In this document: positions 39,304 to 48,286 of the stretch, piece by piece
Position numbering within the stretch: the stretch's first letter is position 1
How the letters are laid out: each line of letters begins with the position of its first letter
Assembly: GCA_036005845.1 (NCBI GenBank)
Contig: DASYQD010000124.1
Location: 25,024-89,023 of the forward strand
Source: Thermoanaerobaculia bacterium
Lineage (GTDB): Bacteria > Acidobacteriota > Thermoanaerobaculia > Multivoradales > JAIOJS01
Direction of reading: 5' to 3'
Length of the DNA: 64,000 bases
The notes under the pieces: generated by a model
What the model was told of the DNA's origin: nothing
The model's database searches: none
The model's input: the letters and a program-made list of their open reading frames with translations, nothing else
Translations under genes and position numbers: made by a program

Positions 39304-40464
39304 GTGAGGTGGCGCGGTCGGGCCGCAATCGCCGGCTGGCTCATGGTGGCGTCGTTGGCCGCGGGCTGCGCGGCGCGGCGACAGCCGGTGGTCGTCGACG
39401 CCGGGATCACGGCGATCCCGCCGGAAGCGAGCGTGCAGGCGGCGCCGCCGCCATCCGACTCGGCGCCGGCCTCCGCCGCTACCGACGAATCGGCGACGTC
39501 GGTGACGCCCGTCGCGGTTCCCACCCCCGCGCCGCCGCCGGCCGAGGCGTCTCTCCATGACCTCTGCCGCCAAGAGAGCGACAGCCCGAGCTTCGTCGAC
39601 GAGAGCCGGCGCGTTCTCGCCGAGACCTTCTGCGGCGCCACGCTCTGGTTCGACGGTCTCTTCGGCGGCACGCCCGACGTGCGCAATGCGCGCGCCGTAT
39701 CGGGCCGCGTCGAGCTGTCGGGGCTGCGCACCGACTTCGAGGGCTTCGACGGCAAGGCGCGCCTGCGCCTCAACTACGAGCTGCCGAACCTGCAGCGCCG
39801 CGTGCGCTTCTTCCTCGGCCGCGACGAGCGCAGCTTCACCTCCGATCGCCAGGAGGGTTTCGCCATCCGCTCGGCGGTGTTCGGCCTCGACGACCGCGAC
39901 GAGTGGCTGGCGGGCCTCGGCTACCGGCCGCCCGGCCGCTTCCTGCAGCGCGTCGACTTCGGCGTCGGCGCGCGGCTCAAGAGCTCGCCCGAGGTGTTCG
40001 CGCAGACGCGCTATCGCCGCAACGTCTTTCTCGGCCGCAACGACGTCTGGCGCTTCCGCGAGACGGTGTTCTGGGAGAACCGCGACGGCTTCGGCTCGAC
40101 GACCAGCCTCGACTGGGACCGCGTGCTGCGCCGCGACCTGCTGCTGCGCTGGGGCAACGTCGGCACCATCTCCGAGGCCTCGGACGGATTCGAGTGGCGC
40201 TCGGCGATGGTGCTCTACAAGAACCTGCGCGGTCTGCGCGCCATCGCGGAGGAGCTCTTCGCGCGCGGCGCCACCGACGCCGAGGTGAGCTTCCGCGAGA
40301 TCGGGGCGCGGACGATCTATCGCCAGCCGCTGCGCGCACCTTATCTATTCGGTGACCTCATCGTCGGCTACTCGTGGCCGCGCGAGCGGCGCTACCAGGC
40401 ACGCGAGGGCTCGGCGATGATCGGTCTCGGCGTCGAGCTGCTCTTTGGCCACGAGCCGTATTGA
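39304..40464 (+). CDS. Predicted lipoprotein of unknown function
   Basis: Lipobox LAAGC near the N-terminus (MRWRGRAAIAGWLMVASLAAGCAA). A Pro/Ala-rich linker is followed by a beta-rich domain with alternating aromatic and charged residues. Divergent from the giant gene. Confidence 0.5.
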   Translation: MRWRGRAAIAGWLMVASLAAGCAARRQPVVVDAGITAIPPEASVQAAPPPSDSAPASAATDESATSVTPVAVPTPAPPPAEASLHDLCRQESDSPSFVDESRRVLAETFCGATLWFDGLFGGTPDVRNARAVSGRVELSGLRTDFEGFDGKARLRLNYELPNLQRRVRFFLGRDERSFTSDRQEGFAIRSAVFGLDDRDEWLAGLGYRPPGRFLQRVDFGVGARLKSSPEVFAQTRYRRNVFLGRNDVWRFRETVFWENRDGFGSTTSLDWDRVLRRDLLLRWGNVGTISEASDGFEWRSAMVLYKNLRGLRAIAEELFARGATDAEVSFREIGARTIYRQPLRAPYLFGDLIVGYSWPRERRYQAREGSAMIGLGVELLFGHEPY

Positions 40465-40550
40465 GCCCGCGGTGACGCGGTGAGCTCGCTGATAGGGTAG
40501 GCCGCCCCGCGGCGCCCTTCAGGCCCGCCACCTTCCTGGAGACAAGTCGC

Positions 40551-42104
40551 ATGGCCGAGCTGGCGAGGATCGAGAGCTACGTCGAGGACCGCTGGGTGCC
40601 CGGCGAGGGCGAGGGGAGCACGCTGGTCAATCCGGCGACGGGCGAGCCGCTGGCCACCGCCTCCACCACCGGCATCGACCTCGGCGCGGCGCTTCGCCAT
40701 GCACGCGACGTGGGCGGGCCCGCGCTGCGTTCGTTCACCTTCGCACAGCGCGCCGCCATCCTGAAGTCGCTCTCCGCCATCATTCGCGAGCATCGCGACG
40801 AGCTGCTCGAGCTGGCGATGCGAAACGGCGGCAACACGAAGGGCGACGCCAAGTTCGACGTCGACGGCGCGGGCGGCACGCTCGCCTTCTACGCCAACCT
40901 CGGGCGCGGGCTGGGCGAGGGGCGCTACCTGCTCGACGGCGATGCGGTGCCGCTCGGCCGCGCCACGCCGTTCGCCGGCCGCCACTTCTGGGTGCCGCGG
41001 CGCGGCGCCGCGGTGCTCGTCAATGCCTACAATTTCCCGGCCTGGGGCTTCGCCGAGAAGGCCGCCTGCGCGCTGCTTGCCGCGATGCCGGTGGTGGTGA
41101 AGCCGGCGACGCAGACGGCGCTGGTAGCGTGGCGCATCGCGCAGCTCTTCGTGGACAGCGGCGCGCTGCCGCCGGGGAGCTGGACGTTCCTCGCCGGGCC
41201 GGCTGGCGACCTCCTCGACCATCTCGAGGCGCAGGACGTGCTGGCGTTCACCGGCTCGGCGGCGACGGGCGCGAAGATGCGTTCGCATCCGCGCGTGCTG
41301 GAGAAGGGGGTGCGCGTCAACGTCGAGGCCGACTCGTTGAACGCCGCCGTGCTCGGTCCCGACGTCGAGCCCGGCTCGCCGACGTGGGAGCTGTTCGTCA
41401 AGGAAGTCGTGCACGAGGTGACGCAGAAGGCGGGGCAGAAGTGCACGGCGACGCGGCGCGTCTTCGTGCCGCGCGAACGGCTCGATGCGGCACGCGAGGC
41501 GTTGGTGGAGCGGCTGTCGCAGGTGCGCGTGGGCGATCCGTCGACCGAAGGCGTCGGTATGGGCCCGGTGGTGAGCGCCGGCCAGGCGCGCGACGTCGAG
41601 GAAGGCGTCGCCACCATCGCGCGCGGTGCGACGGTGGCGTGGAAGGGCGAGTCGCCGAGCGAGCACGGCTTCGTGGCGCCGCGCTTATTGGTGGCGGACG
41701 ATCCGCGCGCCGCGGCGGACGTGCACCGCCGCGAGGTGTTCGGTCCCGTCGCCACGCTGATGCCGTACGACGGCACGGCGGAGGAGGCGGGCGAGCTCGT
41801 CGGCCTCGGCGAAGGCTCGCTGGTGTCGAGCGTCTACTCCGACGACACCGGCTTCGTCGCCGCGGCGGTGCTGGCGATGGCGCCGTACAACGGCCGCGTG
41901 CACGTGGGCACCGGCGAGGTGGCGGCCGAATCGTTGGGGCCGGGCACGGTGCTGCCGGGTCTGGTGCACGGCGGCCCCGGCCGCGCCGGCAGCGGCGAAG
42001 AGCTCGGCGGTATCCGCGGCCTCCACCACTTCATGCAGCGCACGGCGGTGCAGGGACCGCAGACCGCGCTCGAGCGGATCGCCGCGGAAGCCGTCGCCGG
42101 CTGA
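40551..42104 (+). CDS. NAD(P)-dependent aldehyde dehydrogenase (PaaZ-N/PaaN-like, ring-opened semialdehyde dehydrogenase family)
   Basis: ALDH fold with catalytic Cys (QKAGQKCTATRRVFV), a Glu region (VNVEADSLN) and an NAD-binding FTGS motif. Confidence 0.75.
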   Translation: MAELARIESYVEDRWVPGEGEGSTLVNPATGEPLATASTTGIDLGAALRHARDVGGPALRSFTFAQRAAILKSLSAIIREHRDELLELAMRNGGNTKGDAKFDVDGAGGTLAFYANLGRGLGEGRYLLDGDAVPLGRATPFAGRHFWVPRRGAAVLVNAYNFPAWGFAEKAACALLAAMPVVVKPATQTALVAWRIAQLFVDSGALPPGSWTFLAGPAGDLLDHLEAQDVLAFTGSAATGAKMRSHPRVLEKGVRVNVEADSLNAAVLGPDVEPGSPTWELFVKEVVHEVTQKAGQKCTATRRVFVPRERLDAAREALVERLSQVRVGDPSTEGVGMGPVVSAGQARDVEEGVATIARGATVAWKGESPSEHGFVAPRLLVADDPRAAADVHRREVFGPVATLMPYDGTAEEAGELVGLGEGSLVSSVYSDDTGFVAAAVLAMAPYNGRVHVGTGEVAAESLGPGTVLPGLVHGGPGRAGSGEELGGIRGLHHFMQRTAVQGPQTALERIAAEAVAG

Positions 42105-42111
42105 GTCGCAT

Positions 42112-42936
42112 TCAGCCCGCGATGCGCTCGATGCCGCAATAGACGTTGCAGCGGCCCGGCCGCACGAAGCCGACGACCGTCATCCCGGCGCGCGCCGCGA
42201 GCCGCAACGCGAGCGTCGACGGCGCGCCCACCGCGGCGAGTACCGGCACTCCCGCGCGCAATGCCTTTTGCACGATCTCGAACCCGATGCGGCCCGACAC
42301 GGCGAGGATCGTCTCGCCGGCGGGGATGCGGCCCGCAAGCAGCAGCGAACCGACGACCTTGTCGACCGCGTTGTGCCGCCCGACGTCCTCGCGCGAGACC
42401 ACCAGCTCGCCGTCGGCCGCGAAGAGCGCGGCGGCGTGAATGCCGCCCGTCTGCGCGAAGAGCTCCTGCGCCGGCGCCATGCGGCCGGGCAGCTCGAGCA
42501 GCAGCGGCAACGTGAGGCGCGGTCCGACGGGAAGCGCCGGAAAGCCACTCGCGAAGACGGCATCGACCGAGGCCTTGCCACAAAGACCGCAGGCGGCGGT
42601 GGACAGGAACGGCCGTGCGGCGATCGTGCTCGCGCCGTCGCGGCGAGAGCCGAGCCGCGCCACGATGCGGCTGCCGGGAACCTCGCCGAGCTCAGCCTCG
42701 TCGAGCGCCACGAGATCGGCGGCGCTCTCGACGATCCCCTCCGCGTGGAGCAGCCCTGCCGCAAGCTCGCGATCGTGCCCCGGTGTGCGCAGCGTCACCG
42801 CGAGCTGTGCAGGCGACGCATCGCCGAACGCGAGTTGGATCTCGAGCGGATCCTCGATCGCCACCGGATCGGCGAGCTCGCCGCGCGTGCCGTCGAGAAA
42901 GAACGTCGTGGGCCACGGCTGCGCCCCGGTCGGCAT
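42112..42936 (-). CDS. fdhD: Formate dehydrogenase accessory sulfurtransferase FdhD
   Basis: Conserved FdhD core (AACGLCGK...GRHNAVDKVVG...AVSGRIGFEIVQKA). Start at the internal ATG 42936. Confidence 0.8.
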   Translation of the reverse strand: MPTGAQPWPTTFFLDGTRGELADPVAIEDPLEIQLAFGDASPAQLAVTLRTPGHDRELAAGLLHAEGIVESAADLVALDEAELGEVPGSRIVARLGSRRDGASTIAARPFLSTAACGLCGKASVDAVFASGFPALPVGPRLTLPLLLELPGRMAPAQELFAQTGGIHAAALFAADGELVVSREDVGRHNAVDKVVGSLLLAGRIPAGETILAVSGRIGFEIVQKALRAGVPVLAAVGAPSTLALRLAARAGMTVVGFVRPGRCNVYCGIERIAG

Positions 42937-43060
42937 GACGCGCGACCGTAGCACGGGCTCGGCAATCACTCGACGACGAAATGCACGGCCGGGCGAGTGG
43001 CCCCTCGCCCGGCCCAGGCATCGGCGCACCGCGAAGGCGGCGCGCCGCAGTGAACCAAGG

Positions 43061-43771
43061 TCACCCGGCGACGGCGATCGGCGCGGCGGCCTCCTCGAGC
43101 TCGCGCTCGTAGAGCTGCGAGGCGCGCTCGCAGATGATGGACATGTAGTTCATTGTGGTGAGCAGCTGAGTGAATCCCTGAACCAGGGCGAAGACCTCGA
43201 TCGACGTGTCGTGCAGTCTGGCGGCGCGGGCGGACAGCGTCACTGCTCGCGCCCGCGTTGCTTCGTCGATGAACGTGCGCAATCGACTCTGCAGTTGCCG
43301 TAGCTGACGATCGAGCAGGCGCAGGCCGGCGCGGGCTCCACCCTCCCGAATGCGGGTCGCGATCTCGGTCCAATACACGCGTTGCGGCAGCGCCGCTCCG
43401 CGGCTGACGAGGTCTTGATAGAGACCGTCGTAGTCGAGGGCGGCGAAGCACGGTTCGCGTGCGATCAGCGGATCGACAGGGTCGATCTTGCCGCGCTCGA
43501 AAAGGTCGGCGCGCGATTGGACGAGCTCCTGTCCGAGGACGGTGAGCTGTTCGTGCGTCACGGCCAGCTGTGCGAGGCCGCGCTCGAGAGCTGCCGCCGA
43601 CGAGGCCGCATCGCCGGCGAGGGCTTCGTCCACGGCCTCGTGCAGATCGCGAAGGCCAAGGCTCAGAGCCAGGTTCGACTCGCGAAAGCTGCGGTCGAGC
43701 ATCCTGCAACGGCGCTCGAGCGTCTCTGAAAAGGCGTTGCTGCAACTGACCGAGAATCCAAACATGCACAT
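43061..43771 (-). CDS. Hypothetical cytoplasmic protein
   Basis: ORF without recognisable motifs. An internal ATG start was chosen to drop an Arg-rich leader. Lies between fdhD and the CHAT gene. Confidence 0.35.
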   Translation of the reverse strand: MCMFGFSVSCSNAFSETLERRCRMLDRSFRESNLALSLGLRDLHEAVDEALAGDAASSAAALERGLAQLAVTHEQLTVLGQELVQSRADLFERGKIDPVDPLIAREPCFAALDYDGLYQDLVSRGAALPQRVYWTEIATRIREGGARAGLRLLDRQLRQLQSRLRTFIDEATRARAVTLSARAARLHDTSIEVFALVQGFTQLLTTMNYMSIICERASQLYERELEEAAAPIAVAG

Positions 43772-43956
43772 CGGACCTCCGCCACCCATGGTTCTTCTCC
43801 TCTCTGTGCGACGTTTTTGACCACCGGGGAAGGACGAGGCGAGGCGGGCCGCCCGTGGCGGCCCCCGAGCGTCGGCGACAGGGGATCTCGCGAACATGAG
43901 AACCGCCGCTGACGCCGAGTCGATCCTCGACTCGGTGGTGGCGAGGCGCTTGGTGT

Positions 43957-46900
43957 TCAGCCGCCGAGGGCTTGGAACAAAGCCCAATTCGCAGGCGAGC
44001 GGAGAGCAGGGTCGGGGCTGGCGAGGAGCTGTAGCTGCGCCGAGCGCAGCGCGCTGGCGGCATCTTCGCCGGAGCTCAACCGAGTGTGGAGGGCGGTGAG
44101 GAGCGGCACGCTACGCTGGTCGCCTACGGGCCACAGCGCCGCTACGACCGTCGGCACGTTCGCGGCCAGGAATGAACGGGCCAGGCTGACCCTCCCGGCG
44201 GTGCCGGACAGAGGATCGCCGGTTCCGCCGCAGACCGCCAATACGACGGTCCGCGTGCGCGCGAATGACAGCGAGGGGATCTCATCCGCGTAGAGCGCCC
44301 CGCTGCCGTCGCCGGGCTGCAGCGGTGCCAAGGCGAGCGCGGAGCGCGATGGGAGGGCGTCGTCGACCAGCGCATGGGTGGCGACGTGGACGACCGAGTG
44401 ATCGCCCATCGCGGCCACGAGGGTGCTGCGCGTCGCTCGCTCCCCGGTGACCACGACGGCGCCCCGGTACAGCGCCGCGACGGCGCGCACCTCGTCTGCG
44501 GCTCCGGAGAGGCGCTGAAGGCCGGGGAAGAGATGGTCGTCGAGCGCCGGATCGCCGAGCAGGAACGGTGGTGTGCGCTGCCCTTGCGATAGTGCGATTT
44601 CGCGTGCACGAGCGTGAACGAAGTAACTGGCGCTCGGCGCCAGCTCGAGAACGTGCTCCTGCATGAGGAACTTGTGGCGCGCGCCGCCGAGCGCCGAGAA
44701 GGGCAACGACTCGAGGCTCTTGTCGGCAACGATCACCAGCCTACGGGCGGTGTCGGCGAGCTCGGCAGGAGCCACCAGCGTACGGTACAGCTCCGCCGCC
44801 GCCTCGTCGCTCGCCGGAGTCCAGGTGCCCGCGGTGAGATCGGCGTCGATGATCGCGCTCCATGCGGCGACCTGCGCCGGCCGCACGGGCAGCGTGATCG
44901 TCCGCACGCCGCGGTGATCGGCCCGCCAGAGCACCGCGCGCTCACCGAGCAAGGCGTACGACAACACGGCCGTCTCCGTGTCCAGAGCAGCCGGGAGCTC
45001 GGCGAGGCCGATGTTCTGGATGCTCGCGGTCGAGCCTAGGGAGTGGGCGCGCGCTCGCTCGATCCAGTCGAATGCTTCCGCGGTGCGGCCGCGATCGAGG
45101 GCCGCGGCAGCCATCTCGTCGTAAAGCCTGCCGGCGCCGTCCAGGCGGTCGAGCCAGAGCAAGTCGTGGGGAGCGGCCGGCGTCGACTCCAGTAGCGAGA
45201 TGCCCTCCGCGAGGTCTCGCGCCGCGGCGTCGAAGTCGCCGTCGGCGCGGTGGGCGTTCGCACGCTGCAGGAACAGGCCTGGAAGGCGAACGCTCTGCTG
45301 AAGCTGCTCGAAACCGGCAAGGGCGCGGGACGAGGCGGCGATGGCGATGGCGGGCGAGCCTGCCGTCGCAGCTCTGACCGCTGCCAGTTCCGGAAGGAGT
45401 CGCGTACGCATTGCGGAGTTGTCTACCGACGAGAGCGCCACGGCTGCACGGCCAACCTCGACGGCTGCGGAACCGTGGTCGTCGAGCTGCAACGCTATTT
45501 GCGCACGGCGTAGATGGAGGGTTACCAGTTGATACGGCCGAAGAGTCGCACTCTGCGTCGAGGCTTCGTCGAGCAAGGCGCTGGCGAGGTTGACGTGGCC
45601 GAGCAGAAGGCACGAGGTTGCCGTCTGCAGGAGAATGTTCTGCGCTCGTTGCGGGTCGTCGCCCAGACTGGGCACGCCGGCAATCCCCGCAATCCGGTGC
45701 TGCCAAGCGTTGCGCTGATCGCCGGCGAGCGTGTACGCCTCGCCGAGGAGGTAGTCGAGCCAGATCACGGGCTCGTCCTCGCCGACGAGCCGATAGGCGG
45801 CCATCGCCGACTGGTAGTGGCCGATGGCTTCGCTCGGCCGGCCCCGTAGCGTCGCCGCGAGGCCACGCGCCTGGGCAAGCCTGCCGCGACTGACCGGATC
45901 AGTTTCCTGCGCTCCGGCGCTGCGGTCGATCTCGGCGATGAGCCCGTCGCTGGGGCCCGCGCTGACCAGGCGAATGGCGAGCAGCTCGACTTGCGCTCGC
46001 CGAAGGCCGATGCCGTCGTGGGGGAACGAGGAAACGGCAAGTCGGAGGTGATCCTCGGCGCCGCGCCAAGACCCTTCCTCTAGAAGCAGCTCCCCTTGGG
46101 CCAGCGAGCGTTGTGCCTCGGCAAGCAAGCGTAGCGACACCCGATCGGAGGTTGTCGCCTCGTCGATCTGATCCTCGAGACGGGAGTCGCCTGTCTGTTG
46201 GCGATAGAGATTGGCGATCCTCGAGGCCGTGGCCAACAGTTGGGTGGCGGCTGACTCATCGCCCTGGACTATCGCGTCGCCCCAGTCGCGCAGCAGGTCG
46301 TGCTCGACTAGTCGTCGTGCCGCGAAGCGGTGGGCAGCGACCAGTGCGGGCAACTCCCGGTCGCCACGCTCGGCCGCGCGGCGCAATGTAGGCGTGCTGG
46401 CGCCGCTGGGCGTGCGACCAAATCTCGCCAGGTGCGTCCTCGCCTCGCCTCGCCAATGCGCGTCGGTCTCCAGCTCTCCGTAGTCGGTCCACGCGCGAAT
46501 TGCTTCGGCCCGAAGTCCGAGCAGCTCGAGCGCGATGGCCTGGTTGAACTTTGCCTCCAGTAGGGCGGGCGCGGAACGAAGGGCAGCCGACGCGAGCTCC
46601 AGTGCGGCGGCGGCATCCGCAGAACCGCCGTCCTGCATGCCGCGAGCGAGATAAACGGCGGCGAGGTCGCTCCGCAGGCCGGGGTCGGAGGGGCGCGCGG
46701 CGAGGGCGCGACCGAGAGTGGCAAGCGCAGAATCGAGATTGCCGACGAGATAGTGCGCGTCGGCGAGCGCGCCAAGCGTCTCCGGTTGACTGGAAGTGAC
46801 CGCGGCTTGGCGCACGGCTTCGGCGGCTGCGTAATAGCGCCAGGCGTCAGCGCCGCCGTTGCTTGCAGAAATGCCCCTCTTCACCTCCGTTACCGGCGCC

Positions 46901-47250
46901 CAGTGGAACCCTCCCGTGAGCCGCGGCAACAGCGGCCGCGCTTCCGCCGTCGCGGCGATCAGCGGCGCGCGCGGGTTGGTTCGCCAGGGCGCCTCCTCGC
47001 CGCGGGTCGCCATCCACAGCGCCGCCGGCACCGCCACCATGACCACTGCCGCCGCGGCCACCCACCGTCCGGGCGCACCCTCCCGCTGCGGCGGCGGCAG
47101 GGCGCACGCCTGGAAGCGCATGGCGTCCGCCATGGCGTTGCCGCAGCGGTCGCAGCCCGCGAGGTGTTCCTCGAGGCGCTCGCGCTGTTCGGGGAAGAGC
47201 TGGCCGTCGAGGTAGGCGGCCAGGCGCTCGGGCTCAGGACAGCGGGGCAA
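43957..47250 (-). CDS. Anti-sigma factor (zinc-finger) / transmembrane / TPR-like / CHAT-domain (caspase-like protease) fusion protein
   Basis: The N-terminus has the zinc-binding anti-sigma motif (EEHLAGCDRCGNAM). A single TM helix follows (WVAAAAVVMVAVPAALWMA). A ~700-aa helical-repeat region follows. The C-terminal CHAT-like domain carries candidate catalytic His (VVHVATHALVDD) and Cys (TVVLAVCGGTGD). The start lies 17 nt downstream of the ECF sigma gene stop. Confidence 0.7.
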   Translation of the reverse strand: MPRCPEPERLAAYLDGQLFPEQRERLEEHLAGCDRCGNAMADAMRFQACALPPPQREGAPGRWVAAAAVVMVAVPAALWMATRGEEAPWRTNPRAPLIAATAEARPLLPRLTGGFHWAPVTEVKRGISASNGGADAWRYYAAAEAVRQAAVTSSQPETLGALADAHYLVGNLDSALATLGRALAARPSDPGLRSDLAAVYLARGMQDGGSADAAAALELASAALRSAPALLEAKFNQAIALELLGLRAEAIRAWTDYGELETDAHWRGEARTHLARFGRTPSGASTPTLRRAAERGDRELPALVAAHRFAARRLVEHDLLRDWGDAIVQGDESAATQLLATASRIANLYRQQTGDSRLEDQIDEATTSDRVSLRLLAEAQRSLAQGELLLEEGSWRGAEDHLRLAVSSFPHDGIGLRRAQVELLAIRLVSAGPSDGLIAEIDRSAGAQETDPVSRGRLAQARGLAATLRGRPSEAIGHYQSAMAAYRLVGEDEPVIWLDYLLGEAYTLAGDQRNAWQHRIAGIAGVPSLGDDPQRAQNILLQTATSCLLLGHVNLASALLDEASTQSATLRPYQLVTLHLRRAQIALQLDDHGSAAVEVGRAAVALSSVDNSAMRTRLLPELAAVRAATAGSPAIAIAASSRALAGFEQLQQSVRLPGLFLQRANAHRADGDFDAAARDLAEGISLLESTPAAPHDLLWLDRLDGAGRLYDEMAAAALDRGRTAEAFDWIERARAHSLGSTASIQNIGLAELPAALDTETAVLSYALLGERAVLWRADHRGVRTITLPVRPAQVAAWSAIIDADLTAGTWTPASDEAAAELYRTLVAPAELADTARRLVIVADKSLESLPFSALGGARHKFLMQEHVLELAPSASYFVHARAREIALSQGQRTPPFLLGDPALDDHLFPGLQRLSGAADEVRAVAALYRGAVVVTGERATRSTLVAAMGDHSVVHVATHALVDDALPSRSALALAPLQPGDGSGALYADEIPSLSFARTRTVVLAVCGGTGDPLSGTAGRVSLARSFLAANVPTVVAALWPVGDQRSVPLLTALHTRLSSGEDAASALRSAQLQLLASPDPALRSPANWALFQALGG

Positions 47251-47267
47251 CGGCCCCCTCGCCCGGC

Positions 47268-48131
47268 CTAGCTTTGGTGGCGATCGTCGTCGGCATCGTC
47301 CTGCTTAGACGGACGCGCCGCCTCGGATTCCCCCTCGTTGGCGAGACCGAAGTCCAAAGTCGGTCCCCGCTGGAGCAGCCGGGAGACGTCGTGGCGCTCG
47401 ACGCCCGCCTCGCGCAGGTCGCGCTTGATGCTCTTGAGGATGCTGGTGAGGCGCTTGTAAAGCGCCTTTTGCGGCACTCTCATGCCGCGCGCCGCCTCGG
47501 CCACTGACAGGCCGTCGCTGAAGTGGAGGCGGAGGAGCAGGCGGTCCTGGGCGCGCAGCCGGCGCAGGCTCGCCGCCACGGCGCGGGTGACCTCGTCCTC
47601 TTCGGCGCGCTGAACCAGGGTGTCTTCGTGGTTCGGCGAGGGCTCCGGCTCGGCCACCTCGTCGGCGCCGAGCGGCTGGGTGCGCGGGCGGCCGGGGCGC
47701 GGCGGCAGCTGGGCGTAGAGGCGCGTCAGCTCTCCGGGGCCGACGTTGAAACGAACGCCGAGCACCTGGCAGGCCTCGGCGAAGGTGAGCCCTTCGCGGT
47801 AGAGCAGCTCCTCGAGCGCCTCCGCCACCGGCCCCAGGCGGAGCGCGGCGGCCGAGGCGCGCCACTTGCCCCAGAGCTGATTGCAGTAGTCGTGGAAGAG
47901 ACGCTGCACGACGACGGTGAGGTACGTGCGCAGCGTGCTGTGCTGCCGCCAGCTGCGCAGGGTCTCGTAGTCGTCCTCCACCAGGCGCAGACGGACGAAC
48001 GACTCGAGCTCTTCGGTCTGCTCGGCGTTGAGCCGGTAGCGGCGCGCGAGGAAGCCCACCAGGTCGCGCAGCAGCGACAGGTTGGCGAGCAACAGCTCGC
48101 GCGGGCTCAAGTCCGACGACGCGGCACCCAT
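47268..48131 (-). CDS. ECF-type RNA polymerase sigma factor (sigma-70 family)
   Basis: Region 2 (LVEDDYETLRSWRQHSTLRTYLTVVVQRLFHDY) and region 4 (LRAQDRLLLRLHFSDGLSVAEAARGMRVPQKALYKRLTSILKSIKRDL). Start at internal ATG 48131. Confidence 0.75.
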   Translation of the reverse strand: MGAASSDLSPRELLLANLSLLRDLVGFLARRYRLNAEQTEELESFVRLRLVEDDYETLRSWRQHSTLRTYLTVVVQRLFHDYCNQLWGKWRASAAALRLGPVAEALEELLYREGLTFAEACQVLGVRFNVGPGELTRLYAQLPPRPGRPRTQPLGADEVAEPEPSPNHEDTLVQRAEEDEVTRAVAASLRRLRAQDRLLLRLHFSDGLSVAEAARGMRVPQKALYKRLTSILKSIKRDLREAGVERHDVSRLLQRGPTLDFGLANEGESEAARPSKQDDADDDRHQS

Positions 48132-48286
48132 CCCGGGGCCCCTTGGAGTCCGCCCGGCCATCCGGTTTGTCGATGGAACCGGGCGCCGGACGGACGATTC
48201 GAAGCGTGAAACGAGATTGTACGCGAGAAACGTCGCGCCGGGACGGGTGGAATTTCGATCTTCGCGGCCGTCTAAGCGGGGGAGCG

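Noticed and set aside
31932-39560. 2542-aa plus-strand ORF and a series of ~120-aa plus-strand ORFs (33628...37951) across the giant gene
   Set aside because: These are antisense frames of the tandem repeats. Their periodicity merely mirrors the coding repeats on the minus strand. The translations are highly repetitive Gly/Arg/Asp strings.
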